Shown piece after piece: positions 1-8,159 of a stretch of DNA of 32,000 bases. The stretch comes from Synechococcus sp. A15-28. Its GTDB lineage: Bacteria > Cyanobacteriota > Cyanobacteriia > PCC-6307 > Cyanobiaceae. Position numbers and translations under genes: made by a program. How positions within the stretch are numbered: the stretch's first letter is position 1; each line of letters opens with the position of its first letter. Where the stretch lies: positions 330,001-362,000 of the forward strand of contig NZ_CP047931.1 in assembly GCF_014280175.1 (NCBI RefSeq). Direction: 5' to 3'. The notes under the pieces are model-generated. The model made no database searches. It had not been told where the DNA came from and worked only from the letters and a program-made list of their open reading frames with translations.

Positions 1-393
1 GTCATGGCCGAAGAACGTGCTGCCGGATCCCGTGGCCAGCACCAGGTGGTCGTAGCTGTAGGCCTTGCCGTTGAAAACGATCTGCTTGCCTTCGGGATAA
101 ACGTTGGTCACCTCTCCCAGCAGCACCTGAACGTTGCTTTGCTTGCCAACCAGCTCCCGCAGGGGGGTGGCGATGTCTCCGCGGGACACCAGACCCGTGG
201 AGACCTGATAAAGCAAAGGCTGGAACAGGTTGAAGTTGCGCTTGTCAATCAAGGTGATGCGCACATCCGCCTTGGCCAGAGCCTTGCAGGCATGCACACC
301 GGCAAACCCCCCACCGACAATCACCACATGGGGTGCATGGCGGAGACGTTCCTCGGGGGGGTCCAGTTCAAGAAAGAAATGCTCGCCTGCCAT
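1..393 (-). CDS. Type II NADH dehydrogenase (NDH-2) / FAD-dependent pyridine-nucleotide oxidoreductase. Only the N-terminal 131 codons are present; the gene runs off the left edge.
   Basis: Not in the supplied track because it has no stop in the window. Hand translation from the ATG at 393 gives MAGEHFFLELDPPEERLRHAPHVVIVGGGFAGVHACKALAKADVRITLIDKRNFNLFQPLLYQVSTGLVSRGDIATPLREL... It carries the GGGFAG Rossmann motif and the NF.LFQPLLYQV block typical of NDH-2. The listed + ORF 4..432 is its antisense shadow. Confidence 0.8.
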   Translation of the reverse strand, partial: MAGEHFFLELDPPEERLRHAPHVVIVGGGFAGVHACKALAKADVRITLIDKRNFNLFQPLLYQVSTGLVSRGDIATPLRELVGKQSNVQVLLGEVTNVYPEGKQIVFNGKAYSYDHLVLATGSGSTFFGHD

Positions 394-465
394 AGCTTCG
401 AGGAAGGACTTTCCCGAAGGGTATGGATCTGATTCAGGTTTGTCCGTGCTCTGGTTGGCCTCGTG

Positions 466-789
466 TCACAGCAGCTTGAAGGCTTCGAGAAACAGGCCGT
501 AAAGCAGTCCGATTCGGCTCATGCCCAGCACTTGATGGAGAAGGGCCGATGAACCGCTGTTGCGCATTCGAACGGTGAATTCAGTGCCCACAACAACGAT
601 GAAGGCTCCGATGGGATCCATCTGGCCCAGAACACCGGCCACAGAGGTGATGGCACTGCCCACGAAAAATCCAAACAGGGCCGCGATGCTGAGCACAGAC
701 AACCGACGCCAGGGATTACTCGCCCAGGCTTCAATTTGTTGAAGAGCGTTCCCGAAGCTTCGTTGCAGACGCGTCGACTGAAGCTGCAC
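466..789 (-). CDS. ycf20: Ycf20-like (DUF565) small membrane protein
   Basis: 107-aa ORF with a GTG start at 789. NPWRRLSVLSIAALFGFFVGSAITS followed by further hydrophobic helices matches the Ycf20/DUF565 pattern of cyanobacteria and plastids. Third codon positions are GC-rich. Confidence 0.7.
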   Translation of the reverse strand: MQLQSTRLQRSFGNALQQIEAWASNPWRRLSVLSIAALFGFFVGSAITSVAGVLGQMDPIGAFIVVVGTEFTVRMRNSGSSALLHQVLGMSRIGLLYGLFLEAFKLL

Positions 790-928
790 GATTGGCTTTT
801 AAGGGAAAAGGGGCAGGGAAGAACGTTTGGTGATCCCCATCACCCGACCATAACCCTGCCAGCCATAGTGTGCACCACATCTAGTGGTTGTGCATGTATC
901 AGGCCCTACAGATAGGGGAGAGTTCACG

Positions 929-952
929 AAAAAGCCCGGGAATGTCCCGGGC
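929..952 (-). terminator. Rho-independent terminator downstream of the 1018..1218 ORF
   Basis: GCCCGGG (934-940) / CCCGGGC (946-952) form a 7-bp GC stem with a 5-nt loop. On the minus strand the stem is followed by TTTTT (929-933). It lies 66 nt past the stop at 1018. Confidence 0.6.
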
Positions 953-1017
953 CGGGGGATGGGGATTGGCGCAGCAAAGCCCTTCATCTGGGCTTTGGCA
1001 ACCCGCTTGCCAACAAC

Positions 1018-1218
1018 TCAGCTGGACTCAGCTTTCGCCTTTCTGGACGACTTGCCCTCCAGAAGCTCCAGAAGAGCTTCCATCTGGGCCATCACGCCGC
1101 GAACTTCTCCAGCTTCCGGCAGCAGGCCATCCTCCATGACGCCCTGATGCATCTCCCTGAGCTCCTGGCGGATGTAGCGCAGGTGACTAACGACTTGCTC
1201 GCGCTTCGACTGCGACAT
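1018..1218 (-). CDS. Small hypothetical protein, helical or coiled-coil with an acidic core and a basic tail
   Basis: Track ORF 1018..1224 starts at a TTG; the in-frame ATG is at 1218 (MSQSKREQVVSHLRYIRQELREMHQG...). Codon third positions are GC-rich and its own terminator hairpin lies downstream. I recognise no family. Confidence 0.5.
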   Translation of the reverse strand: MSQSKREQVVSHLRYIRQELREMHQGVMEDGLLPEAGEVRGVMAQMEALLELLEGKSSRKAKAESS

Positions 1219-1233
1219 CGACAACAGGACATT

Positions 1234-1407
1234 TCACTCTTCCCTTTTACCCCATGGTGTGTCATGCCGTGGCAGGTACGGAGGTCTGACGGCTCCCAGG
1301 CCAGCCGCCAAGCTCAGCACAGAAAACGTCAACAGGGCATCTGGGCGCGCCAGCACAGCCAGCATCACGACAGCCGCGAGGGCGAAGTACCGACCCATAA
1401 GGGCCAT
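1234..1407 (-). CDS. Possible 57-aa hydrophobic mini-protein (below the track cutoff)
   Basis: Hand translation gives MALMGRYFALAAVVMLAVLARPDALLTFSVLSLAAGLGAVRPPYLPRHDTPWGKREE. It has two hydrophobic segments and GC-rich third positions. It sits 10 nt downstream of the tRNA and 15 nt upstream of the next ORF's ATG. No homology evidence is available. Confidence 0.3.
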   Translation of the reverse strand: MALMGRYFALAAVVMLAVLARPDALLTFSVLSLAAGLGAVRPPYLPRHDTPWGKREE

Positions 1408-1417
1408 CAATCATGTA

Positions 1418-1490
1418 TGGAGAATAGGGGACTCGAACCCCTGACCTCTGCGGTGCGATCGCAGCGCTCTACCAGCTGAGCTAATTCCCC
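1418..1490 (-). tRNA. tRNA-Ala, anticodon CGC
   Basis: The reverse complement GGGGAATTAGCTCAGCTGGTAGAGCGCTGCGATCGCACCGCAGAGGTCAGGGGTTCGAGTCCCCTATTCTCCA folds as a 73-nt cloverleaf. The acceptor stem is 7 bp with the G3:U70 alanine identity pair. The D arm is GCTC/GAGC, the anticodon stem CTGCG/CGCAG, and the loop AUCGCAC. The T arm is AGGGG-TTCGAGT-CCCCT. CCA is not encoded. Confidence 0.93.
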
Positions 1491-1543
1491 GCCAGGTCAC
1501 GCTAGCCCTGAGTCACACTTGTTAGGTCAGGCCCGATGCAGCG

Positions 1544-1771
1544 ATGACCACCGCTCCAGGATCCGCCACCCCGATCACTCCCGAACGCCTGGCCCAGTTC
1601 GATGAAGAGTCCATCGCTGTTCTGGCGAGACGGTTGGATGAAGACGACTACCCCACACCGTTTGAAGGACTGTCGGACTGGCACCTGCTCCGTGCCCTGG
1701 CCATCCATCGTCCGGAACTGACGGCCCCCTTCGTGCACCTGGTGGATCAGGAACCGTTCGATGAGGACTAA
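1544..1771 (+). CDS. Small conserved-looking acidic hypothetical protein (75 aa)
   Basis: ATG start with GC-rich third positions. Its stop overlaps the coaBC ATG by 11 nt (ATGAGGACTAA), suggesting co-translation. The sequence includes ...YPTPFEGLSDWHLLRALAIHRPELTAPFVHLVD... I cannot name the family with certainty. Confidence 0.6.
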   Translation: MTTAPGSATPITPERLAQFDEESIAVLARRLDEDDYPTPFEGLSDWHLLRALAIHRPELTAPFVHLVDQEPFDED

Positions 1772-3068
1772 GGTCTCCACTCCTCTCAAGGGCCGGCGGC
1801 TTCTGGTTGCTGTCAGCGGCAGCATCGCTGCGGTGAAGACGCCGCTTCTGGTCAGTGCCCTGGTGAAGGCAGGGGCTGAAGTCCGCTGCCTGGTCACCCC
1901 CAGTGCAGCGAAGTTGGTGAGCCCGCTTGCCTTGGCGACCCTGAGTCGTCATCGCTGTTATGGGGAGGACGACGAATGGGACTCGTCCTGCAGTCGGCCG
2001 CTGCACATCGATCTGGCGGATTGGGCTGAACTCATCCTGCTGGCCCCCCTGAGTGCCACCAGCCTCAGCCGCTGGAGCCAGGGGTCTGCGGATGGTCTGC
2101 TCGCCAGCGTGCTCCTGGCTTGTGAGTGCCCTGTCCTGGCCGCTATCGCCATGAACACGGCGATGTGGAACCACCCCGCCGTTCAACGCAACTGGGAGCT
2201 GGTGCAGACCTTTCCGGGCGTGGTTCCCCTGTTGCCTCAGCCAGGCCTTCTGGCCTGCGATCGCCGCGGCGATGGGCGCATGGCGGATCCGTTGCTGATC
2301 GAGCTGGCGGCCACCAGCCTGTTCAGCCGTGGTGATGCCGGTCCCGTTGCAAAGCTCGACTGGAGCGGACGACGACTTCTGGTGACGGCGGGGCCGACCG
2401 TTGAGCCCATTGATCAGGCCCGTCTGATCACGAATCGCAGCAGTGGGGCGATGGGAGTGTTGCTGGCCCAGGCTGCTCGTTTGAGGGGAGCTGAGGTCGC
2501 GTTGGTGCACGGCCCCCTGCAGGTGCCGGAGCCCTGGTTGGAGTCCCTCCACTGTCATCCGGTCCAGAGCGCTGCGGAGATGCAGATGGTGTTGCAGCAG
2601 AAGCAGGCTGACGTCGATGCGATCGCCATGGCGGCGGCCGTCGCTGATCTGCGTCGTGTTGCCACAGGCGACGTCTCCACAGCAGGCAAAGCCGCCAAGG
2701 CGGATCTGGCGCTCAGGCTTTCCGATGGCTGGGAGCTGGTGCCCGATCTGTTGCAGGGGTTGGCTGCGCGACGTCCGGCGATGCAGTTGATTCTTGGATT
2801 TGCTGCCTTGACCGGTGAAGACGCTGAACTTCTGCGTCGCGGAGAAGAGAAGCGCCTCCGCAAGGGTTGTGATCTGCTGTTCGTCAATCCCATTGATCGT
2901 CCCGGGCAGGGATTCGGCCAGGCCCGGAACGGCGGCTGGCTCCTCGGGAACGGATGGTCCAAGGAATTGCCGGTGACTGGAAAGCTGCAGCTGGCCCATC
3001 AGCTGCTGGATGCTCTCCTGGCGCTCAGGCAGCCATCCCCAGCGAGTCCTGTCCCAGCAGATCGATGA
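1761..3068 (+). CDS. coaBC: Bifunctional phosphopantothenoylcysteine decarboxylase / phosphopantothenate-cysteine ligase (CoaBC, Dfp)
   Basis: 435 aa. The N-terminal flavoprotein signature is GRRLLVAVSGSIAAVKTPLLVSALVKAGAEVRCLVTPSA. The CoaB half carries ITNRSSGAMG and the C-terminal LFVNPID block. Confidence 0.9.
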   Translation: MRTKVSTPLKGRRLLVAVSGSIAAVKTPLLVSALVKAGAEVRCLVTPSAAKLVSPLALATLSRHRCYGEDDEWDSSCSRPLHIDLADWAELILLAPLSATSLSRWSQGSADGLLASVLLACECPVLAAIAMNTAMWNHPAVQRNWELVQTFPGVVPLLPQPGLLACDRRGDGRMADPLLIELAATSLFSRGDAGPVAKLDWSGRRLLVTAGPTVEPIDQARLITNRSSGAMGVLLAQAARLRGAEVALVHGPLQVPEPWLESLHCHPVQSAAEMQMVLQQKQADVDAIAMAAAVADLRRVATGDVSTAGKAAKADLALRLSDGWELVPDLLQGLAARRPAMQLILGFAALTGEDAELLRRGEEKRLRKGCDLLFVNPIDRPGQGFGQARNGGWLLGNGWSKELPVTGKLQLAHQLLDALLALRQPSPASPVPADR

Positions 3069-3372
3069 AGGTGCGCAATTGAAGTCTGGGGATGTAGGGC
3101 CATCCGCCGCTTTTCTCCATCATCTGCAGCAGGGAAAACAGTTTCTGACGGTTTTCCGGAAGGCTCTGGCGGAAAGGACCGTCCTGTACGTCGCGATGCA
3201 CAGCTTCGAGTTCCCGCAATAAAAGGAGGAGGTTGTCGGGGTTGTTCTGTTCCTGATCCGCCAGGGCACGCAATTCCTGCAGCAGTGGTGCCAGCCGATC
3301 GTGCAGTGGTTGTTGCTCTTGGCTGTTCAAAGGGCTCCTGAAAGATGTTGAGAGCTGCGAAAGGCTAGCCAT
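3025..3372 (-). CDS. Hypothetical protein (115 aa), helical, divergent from psbO
   Basis: ATG at 3372 with coding-like codon usage. Its 3' end overlaps the 3' end of coaBC by 44 nt. I recognise no motif. Confidence 0.55.
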   Translation of the reverse strand: MASLSQLSTSFRSPLNSQEQQPLHDRLAPLLQELRALADQEQNNPDNLLLLLRELEAVHRDVQDGPFRQSLPENRQKLFSLLQMMEKSGGWPYIPRLQLRTFIDLLGQDSLGMAA

Positions 3373-3451
3373 GAAGCCGGTTTAACCCTTGTAGGATCCG
3401 AGACTGACGGTGATCTCCGTCTGTACAGCGTTCAGCCCTCCGGCTTCTCCC

Positions 3452-4282
3452 ATGCGCATCCGTCCTCTGCTGGCCGTCGTGCTGGCGCTCTGTCTCGCTT
3501 TTTTCACTACTGCCTGCAGTGGCGACAGTGAAGCTGTTCAGCGTGGCGGGTCCAACGTGACCTACGACGACATTCACAACACCGGTAAAGCCAACGATTG
3601 CCCCACGATCGGCGACTCCGCCCGTGGTTCGATCGCGCTGAGTGAGGGCGGCAGCTACGAGCTGCGTGAGATCTGCATGCACCCCGTCCAGGTGTACGCC
3701 AAGGAGGAGCCCAAGAACGTGCGCCAGCAGGCCGAGTTCGTTGAGGGCAAGATCCTGACCCGTTACACCTCCAGTCTCGATGAGGTCTTCGGCGATCTGA
3801 AGGTGACCGAGGCCGGCCTCGAATTCCAAGAGAAAGGTGGCATCGACTTCCAGCCCATCACCGTTCTGGTGCCCGGTGGCGAGGAGTTCCCCTTCACCTT
3901 CTCCAGCAAGTCCCTCAAGGCCACTGCTGACGGTGCAGCGCTGACCACCAGCACCGACTTCGAAGGCACCTACCGCACCCCCAGTTACCGCACCAGCAAC
4001 TTCATCGACCCCAAGGGACGGGCCCTCACCACGGGCGTGCAGTACGCCCAGGGTCTGGTGGCTCTCGGCGGCGATGACGAGCAGCTGGAAAAAGACAACA
4101 ACAAGCGCTACATCGATGGCGTCGGCACGATGAGCCTCTCGATCACCAAGGTGGATCCTGAAACCGGTGAATTCGCCGGTGTGTTCAGCGCCATCCAGCC
4201 CTCCGACTCCGACATGGGTGGACGTGAAGTGGTGGACATCAAAATCACCGGTGATCTCTATGGCCGGCTTGAAGAGGCCTGA
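3452..4282 (+). CDS. psbO: Photosystem II manganese-stabilising protein PsbO (precursor)
   Basis: The translation from the ATG at 3452 starts with the signal peptide MRIRPLLAVVLALCLAFFTTACSG. It continues with TYDDIHNTGKANDCPT, FQPITVLVPGGEEFPFTFS and SITKVDPETGEFAGVFSAIQPSDSDMG, all characteristic of PsbO. The track start at 3410 is an upstream GTG. Confidence 0.95.
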   Translation: MRIRPLLAVVLALCLAFFTTACSGDSEAVQRGGSNVTYDDIHNTGKANDCPTIGDSARGSIALSEGGSYELREICMHPVQVYAKEEPKNVRQQAEFVEGKILTRYTSSLDEVFGDLKVTEAGLEFQEKGGIDFQPITVLVPGGEEFPFTFSSKSLKATADGAALTTSTDFEGTYRTPSYRTSNFIDPKGRALTTGVQYAQGLVALGGDDEQLEKDNNKRYIDGVGTMSLSITKVDPETGEFAGVFSAIQPSDSDMGGREVVDIKITGDLYGRLEEA

Positions 4283-4311
4283 TCTCGGCGATTGATCAAG
4301 TGATCGTCTTG

Positions 4312-4334
4312 AGGGGGCTTAGGCCCCCTTTTTT
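4312..4334 (+). terminator. Rho-independent terminator of psbO
   Basis: AGGGGGC (4312-4318) / GCCCCCT (4323-4329) form a 7-bp stem with a TTAG loop and a run of six T through 4334. It lies 30 nt after the psbO stop. Confidence 0.8.
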
Positions 4335-4392
4335 GATGCCTGGTGACAAATCGCGATGATCTGGGAGAATCGCCCGGACTTCAGGCCTTGCC

Positions 4393-5565
4393 ATGACCGC
4401 CAGCGCACCTGCTTCTGCCCAGCGATCCGGTGTGATTGCTCCCTACGGCGGGTCCCTGGTGGATCTGATGGTGCCCCAGGCCGAGCGGGAGGCGGTCAAG
4501 GCCACGGCCTCCAAGTCGCTGGAATGCTCAGACCGCAATGCCTGCGATGTGGAACTGCTGGTTGTGGGTGGTTTCTCCCCCCTGCGGGGCTTCATGCATC
4601 AGGAGGATTATGACGCTGTCGTGAGCGGCCATCGCCTGGCGGCCGGCCAGCTGTTCGGCCTGCCGATCGTGATGGACACCGACCGCGATGACGTGGTGGT
4701 CGGTGACACGGTGCTGCTGACCTACAAGGGGCAGGACCTCGCCGTTCTGCAGGTGGAGGCCAAGTGGGAACCCAACAAGGTGGCGGAAGCCCAGGGCTGC
4801 TACGGCACCACCTCCATTGAGCACCCTGCAGTGCGGATGATCACCATGGAGCGCAAGCGCTTCTACCTGGGAGGCAGCCTCAAGGGCCTTGAACTGCCCC
4901 AGCGCGTGTTCCCCTGCAAGACGCCGGCCCAGGTGCGCGCCGGTCTCCCCGATGGACAGGACGTGGTTGCTTTCCAGTGCCGCAACCCGATTCACCGTGC
5001 CCATTACGAGCTGTTCACCCGCGCCCTTCACGCCCAGAACGTCAGCGAGAACGCCGTGGTGCTGGTGCACCCCACCTGTGGCCCCACACAGCAGGACGAC
5101 ATTCCTGGTGCCGTCCGCTTCCAGACCTACGAGCGCCTGGCCGCTGAGGTGAACAACGACCGGATTCGCTGGGCCTACCTGCCCTACGCCATGCACATGG
5201 CGGGTCCCCGTGAAGCCCTGCAGCACATGATCATCCGCCGCAACTACGGCTGCACGCATTTCATCATCGGCCGCGACATGGCGGGTTGTAAGTCCTCCCT
5301 GAGCGGGGACGACTTCTACGGCCCCTACGACGCCCAGAACTTCGCCAAGGAGTGCGCACCCGAGCTGACGATGGAAACCGTGCCCTCCCTGAACCTCGTT
5401 TACACCGAGGAAGAGGGCTACGTCACCGCCGAACATGCCGAAGCCCGTGGCCTGTATGTGAAGAAACTCAGCGGCACGCAGTTCCGCAAGATGCTGCGCG
5501 GTGGCGAGGAAATTCCCGAGTGGTTCGCCTTCAAGAGCGTCGTTGAAGTGCTTCGAGCCGCCTGA
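4393..5565 (+). CDS. sat: Sulfate adenylyltransferase (ATP sulfurylase)
   Basis: 390 aa with QCRNPIHRAHYELFTRA and HPTCGPTQQDDIP, the ATP-sulfurylase active-site blocks. The GRDMAG motif and the N-terminal PUA-like region are also present. Confidence 0.93.
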   Translation: MTASAPASAQRSGVIAPYGGSLVDLMVPQAEREAVKATASKSLECSDRNACDVELLVVGGFSPLRGFMHQEDYDAVVSGHRLAAGQLFGLPIVMDTDRDDVVVGDTVLLTYKGQDLAVLQVEAKWEPNKVAEAQGCYGTTSIEHPAVRMITMERKRFYLGGSLKGLELPQRVFPCKTPAQVRAGLPDGQDVVAFQCRNPIHRAHYELFTRALHAQNVSENAVVLVHPTCGPTQQDDIPGAVRFQTYERLAAEVNNDRIRWAYLPYAMHMAGPREALQHMIIRRNYGCTHFIIGRDMAGCKSSLSGDDFYGPYDAQNFAKECAPELTMETVPSLNLVYTEEEGYVTAEHAEARGLYVKKLSGTQFRKMLRGGEEIPEWFAFKSVVEVLRAA

Positions 5566-5611
5566 TCCCTGAGGACCCGTTTAACATTCCTTCATCTGAG
5601 CGACGAGAGCC

Positions 5612-7459
5612 TTGAACAAGCGTTGGCGCAACATCGGCCTGACGGCCCTGCTAGTCCTGGCGATCGTGGTGATCGCTCCGGCTTTCCTCGGTGGTGGCAA
5701 CACCCAGCAGGAAGCACGGACCATGCGCTACAGCGACTTCGTTGAAGCGGTTGAGGACAACCAGATCAGCCGTGTGCTGATCTCCCCCGACCGGGGGACT
5801 GCGCAGGTGGTTGAAAACGATGGTCGTCGCGCCCAGGTCAACCTGGCTCCCGATAAGGAACTCCTCGGTCTGCTGACACAGCACGATGTGGACATTGCCG
5901 TTCAGCCCACTCGTCAGGCTCCGGCCTGGCAGCAGGCAGCTGGAAGCCTGATCTTCCCGCTGTTGTTGCTCGGTGGTCTGTTCTTCCTCTTCCGCCGGGC
6001 CCAGGGCGGTGGCGGTGGCAATCCGGCGATGCAGTTCGGCAAGAGCAAGGCCAGGGTTCAGATGGAGCCCTCCACCCAAGTCACCTTCACCGATGTCGCT
6101 GGCATTGAAGGGGCCAAGCTCGAGCTGACGGAGGTCGTTGACTTCCTCAAAAACCCGGATCGCTTCACGGCAGTTGGCGCCAAGATTCCCAAGGGTGTGC
6201 TTTTGGTGGGTCCTCCCGGCACCGGTAAGACCCTGCTTGCCAAAGCCGTCGCCGGTGAAGCTGGCGTTCCGTTTTTCTCGATCTCCGGCTCTGAATTCGT
6301 TGAGATGTTCGTCGGAGTCGGTGCCAGCCGCGTCCGCGATCTGTTCGAGCAAGCCAAGAAAAATGCACCTTGCATCGTCTTCATCGATGAGATCGATGCG
6401 GTTGGTCGTCAGCGGGGGGCTGGCCTCGGTGGCGGTAACGATGAGCGGGAACAGACCCTCAACCAGCTCCTGACGGAGATGGATGGTTTTGAAGGCAATA
6501 CCGGCATCATCATCGTGGCGGCCACCAACCGCCCGGATGTCCTGGATGCTGCGCTCATGCGTCCCGGTCGTTTTGATCGCCAGGTGACCGTCGACCGTCC
6601 CGATTACTCCGGTCGTCTCCAGATCCTCAACGTTCACGCCCGCGGCAAGACGTTGTCCAAGGACGTCGATCTGGACAAGGTGGCCCGTCGTACCCCCGGT
6701 TACACCGGTGCAGACCTCGCCAACTTGCTCAACGAGGCAGCAATCCTGGCCGCCCGTCGTGAACTGACCGAGGTCAGTAACGACGAGATCAGCGACGCCA
6801 TTGAGCGCGTCATGGCTGGTCCTGAGAAGAAGGATCGGGTGATGAGTGAACGCCGGAAGCGCTTGGTCGCCTATCACGAGGCTGGTCACGCCCTGGTGGG
6901 TGCGTTGATGCCTGACTACGACCCTGTTCAGAAGATCTCGATCATCCCCCGAGGCAATGCCGGTGGTCTGACCTTCTTCACCCCCAGTGAAGAGCGAATG
7001 GAGTCGGGCCTTTATTCCCGGGCTTACCTGCAGAACCAGATGGCCGTGGCTCTTGGCGGTCGTGTCGCCGAAGAGATTGTCTACGGCGAAGATGAAGTCA
7101 CCACGGGTGCCTCCAACGACCTGCAGCAGGTGGCATCCACGGCGCGCCAGATGATCACTCGCTTCGGCATGAGCGACACCCTTGGCCCGGTGGCCCTTGG
7201 CCGAGCCCAGGGAGGCATGTTCCTCGGCCGCGACATTGCTGCCGAGCGCGACTTCTCCGAGAACACCGCGGCCACCATCGACAAGGAGGTGTCCGACCTC
7301 GTTGACGTGGCCTACAAGCGCGCCACCAAGGTGCTGGTGGACAACCGGGCCGTTCTGGACGAGCTGGCCGACATGTTGGTGGAGCAGGAGACCGTCGACG
7401 CAGAAGAATTGCAGGAGCTTCTGATCACCCGCGACGTCCGCGTTGCCGAATACATTTGA
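5612..7459 (+). CDS. ftsH: ATP-dependent zinc metalloprotease FtsH
   Basis: 615 aa with a TTG start (MNKRWRN...). It has two N-terminal TM helices, Walker A GPPGTGKT, Walker [10 protein letters not shown], the SRH region [20 protein letters not shown] and the zinc site HEAGHAL. Confidence 0.95.
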   Translation: MNKRWRNIGLTALLVLAIVVIAPAFLGGGNTQQEARTMRYSDFVEAVEDNQISRVLISPDRGTAQVVENDGRRAQVNLAPDKELLGLLTQHDVDIAVQPTRQAPAWQQAAGSLIFPLLLLGGLFFLFRRAQGGGGGNPAMQFGKSKARVQMEPSTQVTFTDVAGIEGAKLELTEVVDFLKNPDRFTAVGAKIPKGVLLVGPPGTGKTLLAKAVAGEAGVPFFSISGSEFVEMFVGVGASRVRDLFEQAKKNAPCIVFIDEIDAVGRQRGAGLGGGNDEREQTLNQLLTEMDGFEGNTGIIIVAATNRPDVLDAALMRPGRFDRQVTVDRPDYSGRLQILNVHARGKTLSKDVDLDKVARRTPGYTGADLANLLNEAAILAARRELTEVSNDEISDAIERVMAGPEKKDRVMSERRKRLVAYHEAGHALVGALMPDYDPVQKISIIPRGNAGGLTFFTPSEERMESGLYSRAYLQNQMAVALGGRVAEEIVYGEDEVTTGASNDLQQVASTARQMITRFGMSDTLGPVALGRAQGGMFLGRDIAAERDFSENTAATIDKEVSDLVDVAYKRATKVLVDNRAVLDELADMLVEQETVDAEELQELLITRDVRVAEYI

Positions 7460-8114
7460 ACGACCGATCTGGTTGCAGCGGCAGGAGGCGTTGATCGCCT
7501 CGTTGTCGGCTCAGCCGATCCTGGTCGTGGTTCGGCCTGATCCGGCCGATCTCAATGGTGCTGATGGTCCGGGGTCACTCCTGGACCATTTGTGCTGTCT
7601 GGAGACAGTCGGTCTTCGCCACGTGGAGATCGGCTGGGGGCCTGACGGCCAATGGCGTGGCTTTGTTCAGCGCGTGCGTCAGAAGTGTCCCGCCCTGCAG
7701 TTGGGAGCTGCCTCGGTTCTCAATGCCGAGGCCCTTGCGGATCTGGAAGCCTGCGGACTTCCCTTTGCCATGTCGCCCTGTTTTGATCCGGCGTTGATTG
7801 AGCGGGCACGGCAACGGGGGATTCTGCTGGTGCCGGGGGTGTTCAGCCCCTCCGAAATTCAGCAGGCATCGGCCATGGACTGCGGTCTGGTCAAGCTGTT
7901 TCCTGCCGCCACCGTGGGTGTCGACTACCTCCAGCGTCTGCGGGCCCCGCTAGGCCCGCTGCCGAAAGTGATTGCCGCGGGGGGTCTGGCGGTGGCCGAC
8001 CTGGATGCCTGGTTAGAAGCAGGGCATGCCGCCGTGGCGTTGGGTCGACGTGTCATCGACGTTCAGGGGCCAGATCCCGCCTTGTTGCGCTGGCTGCAGA
8101 CGACGCCTAGTTGA
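7443..8114 (+). CDS. eda: KDPG/KHG aldolase family protein (Eda-like)
   Basis: LVVVRPD...HVEIGW...LGAASVLN...LLVPGVFSPSEIQQA...LVKLFPA...VIAAGGL fits the class I 2-keto-3-deoxy-6-phosphogluconate aldolase barrel, with the Schiff-base Lys in VKLFPA. There is no in-frame ATG near the start. TTG candidates are at 7443 (overlapping the ftsH stop by 17 nt), 7473 and 7491, so the start is uncertain. Confidence 0.72.
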   Translation: MPNTFERPIWLQRQEALIASLSAQPILVVVRPDPADLNGADGPGSLLDHLCCLETVGLRHVEIGWGPDGQWRGFVQRVRQKCPALQLGAASVLNAEALADLEACGLPFAMSPCFDPALIERARQRGILLVPGVFSPSEIQQASAMDCGLVKLFPAATVGVDYLQRLRAPLGPLPKVIAAGGLAVADLDAWLEAGHAAVALGRRVIDVQGPDPALLRWLQTTPS

Positions 8115-8159
8115 CATCCGTCCAGGATGCTACAGATGAGATAGCCATTCCACTGCGTT

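Noticed and set aside
1455-1462. HIP1 octamer GCGATCGC inside the tRNA-Ala anticodon arm
   Set aside because: The octamer follows from the CGC anticodon plus its stem sequence. It is a coincidence of tRNA structure, not an independent repeat element.
1418-1490. The tRNA gene as an integration site for a genomic island
   Set aside because: The AT-richer islets lie 9 kb and 21 kb away. The DNA flanking the tRNA has normal composition, and I saw no partial tRNA repeat or integrase.
1575-2999. 474-aa minus-strand ORF covering almost all of coaBC
   Set aside because: It is antisense to a gene with clear CoaBC motifs. The translation is Arg/Gly/Ala/Pro/Gln-rich with no recognisable domain, which is the typical shadow frame of high-GC DNA.
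3380-3396. Possible HLR1 (RpaB) direct repeat upstream of psbO (GTTTAACCCTTGTAGGA)
   Set aside because: Each half matches the (G/T)TTACA(T/A)(T/A) consensus only partially, and the spacing is 1 nt rather than 2. The match is too weak to call.
4528-6889. Long minus-strand ORFs 4528..5436 (302 aa) and 5651..6889 (412 aa)
   Set aside because: They are antisense to sat and ftsH, both unambiguous. The composition is low-complexity Gly/Ala/Val/His and no motifs are present.
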